DNA from: Candidatus Zixiibacteriota bacterium
Lineage (GTDB): Bacteria; Zixibacteria; MSB-5A5; CAIYYT01
Reading direction: 5' to 3'
Length of the DNA: 27,524 nt
Assembly (NCBI GenBank): GCA_040235515.1
Contig: JBECKX010000146.1
Coordinates: 1 to 27,524, forward strand
Shown piece after piece: positions 27,433-27,524 of the stretch. Numbering within the stretch: the first letter of the stretch is position 1; each line of letters opens with the position of its first letter. Below the pieces are notes generated by a model. That model searched no databases. It saw nothing but the letters and a program-made list of their open reading frames with translations, and was not told the origin of the DNA. A program made the position numbers and the translations under genes.

Positions 27433-27460
27433 AGACTACTGCAAATGTGGAGTAAGTCAA
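27433..27460 (-). promoter_or_regulatory. Possible sigma-70-type promoter for the methyltransferase
   Basis: Minus strand TTGACT-N16-TAGTCT. Confidence 0.4.
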
Positions 27461-27524
27461 GGGATTTTGTGGGGGATTGGATGTGGAGGGCGCTGCATTC
27501 TATTGTTCGTTCTCTCGTAGGGGC

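Noticed and set aside
1..27524. CRISPR arrays, tRNA/rRNA, IS elements, prophage or defence genes
   Set aside because: None seen. Intergenic gaps are short and show no repeat-spacer pattern, cloverleaf or transposase/integrase motif.

Overview
Gene-dense, moderately GC-rich bacterial chromosomal window with about 25 CDS. I saw no rRNA, tRNA, CRISPR array or mobile element. In order: a minus-strand operon ftsE-like/ftsX/envC/holB (holB is truncated at the window edge and absent from the ORF track), a YCF48-type beta-propeller lipoprotein, two FKBP PPIases, fabL plus a type III PKS, a PEP-CTERM protein with a sigma-54 promoter, an OmpR-family two-component pair, DUF4406-like, DinB and VOC genes, uvrA, an ABC exporter, a pyrE/ilvC-like/GNAT operon, an orphan MacB-type permease, a pterin carbinolamine dehydratase, a large secreted protein with a C-terminal dockerin, an AbfD/HpaB-family flavoprotein and a class I methyltransferase. 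The Cys-flanked dockerin tail suggests a Zixibacteria-like FCB-group organism (inference only). The most notable signals are three intact genes with altered catalytic motifs: an FtsE with no recognisable ATPase motif, an AbfD homologue that keeps its Fe-S cysteines but lacks the dehydratase residues, and an orphan IlvC with changed active-site residues. All family calls come from motif recognition and recalled reference sequences, not from database searches.
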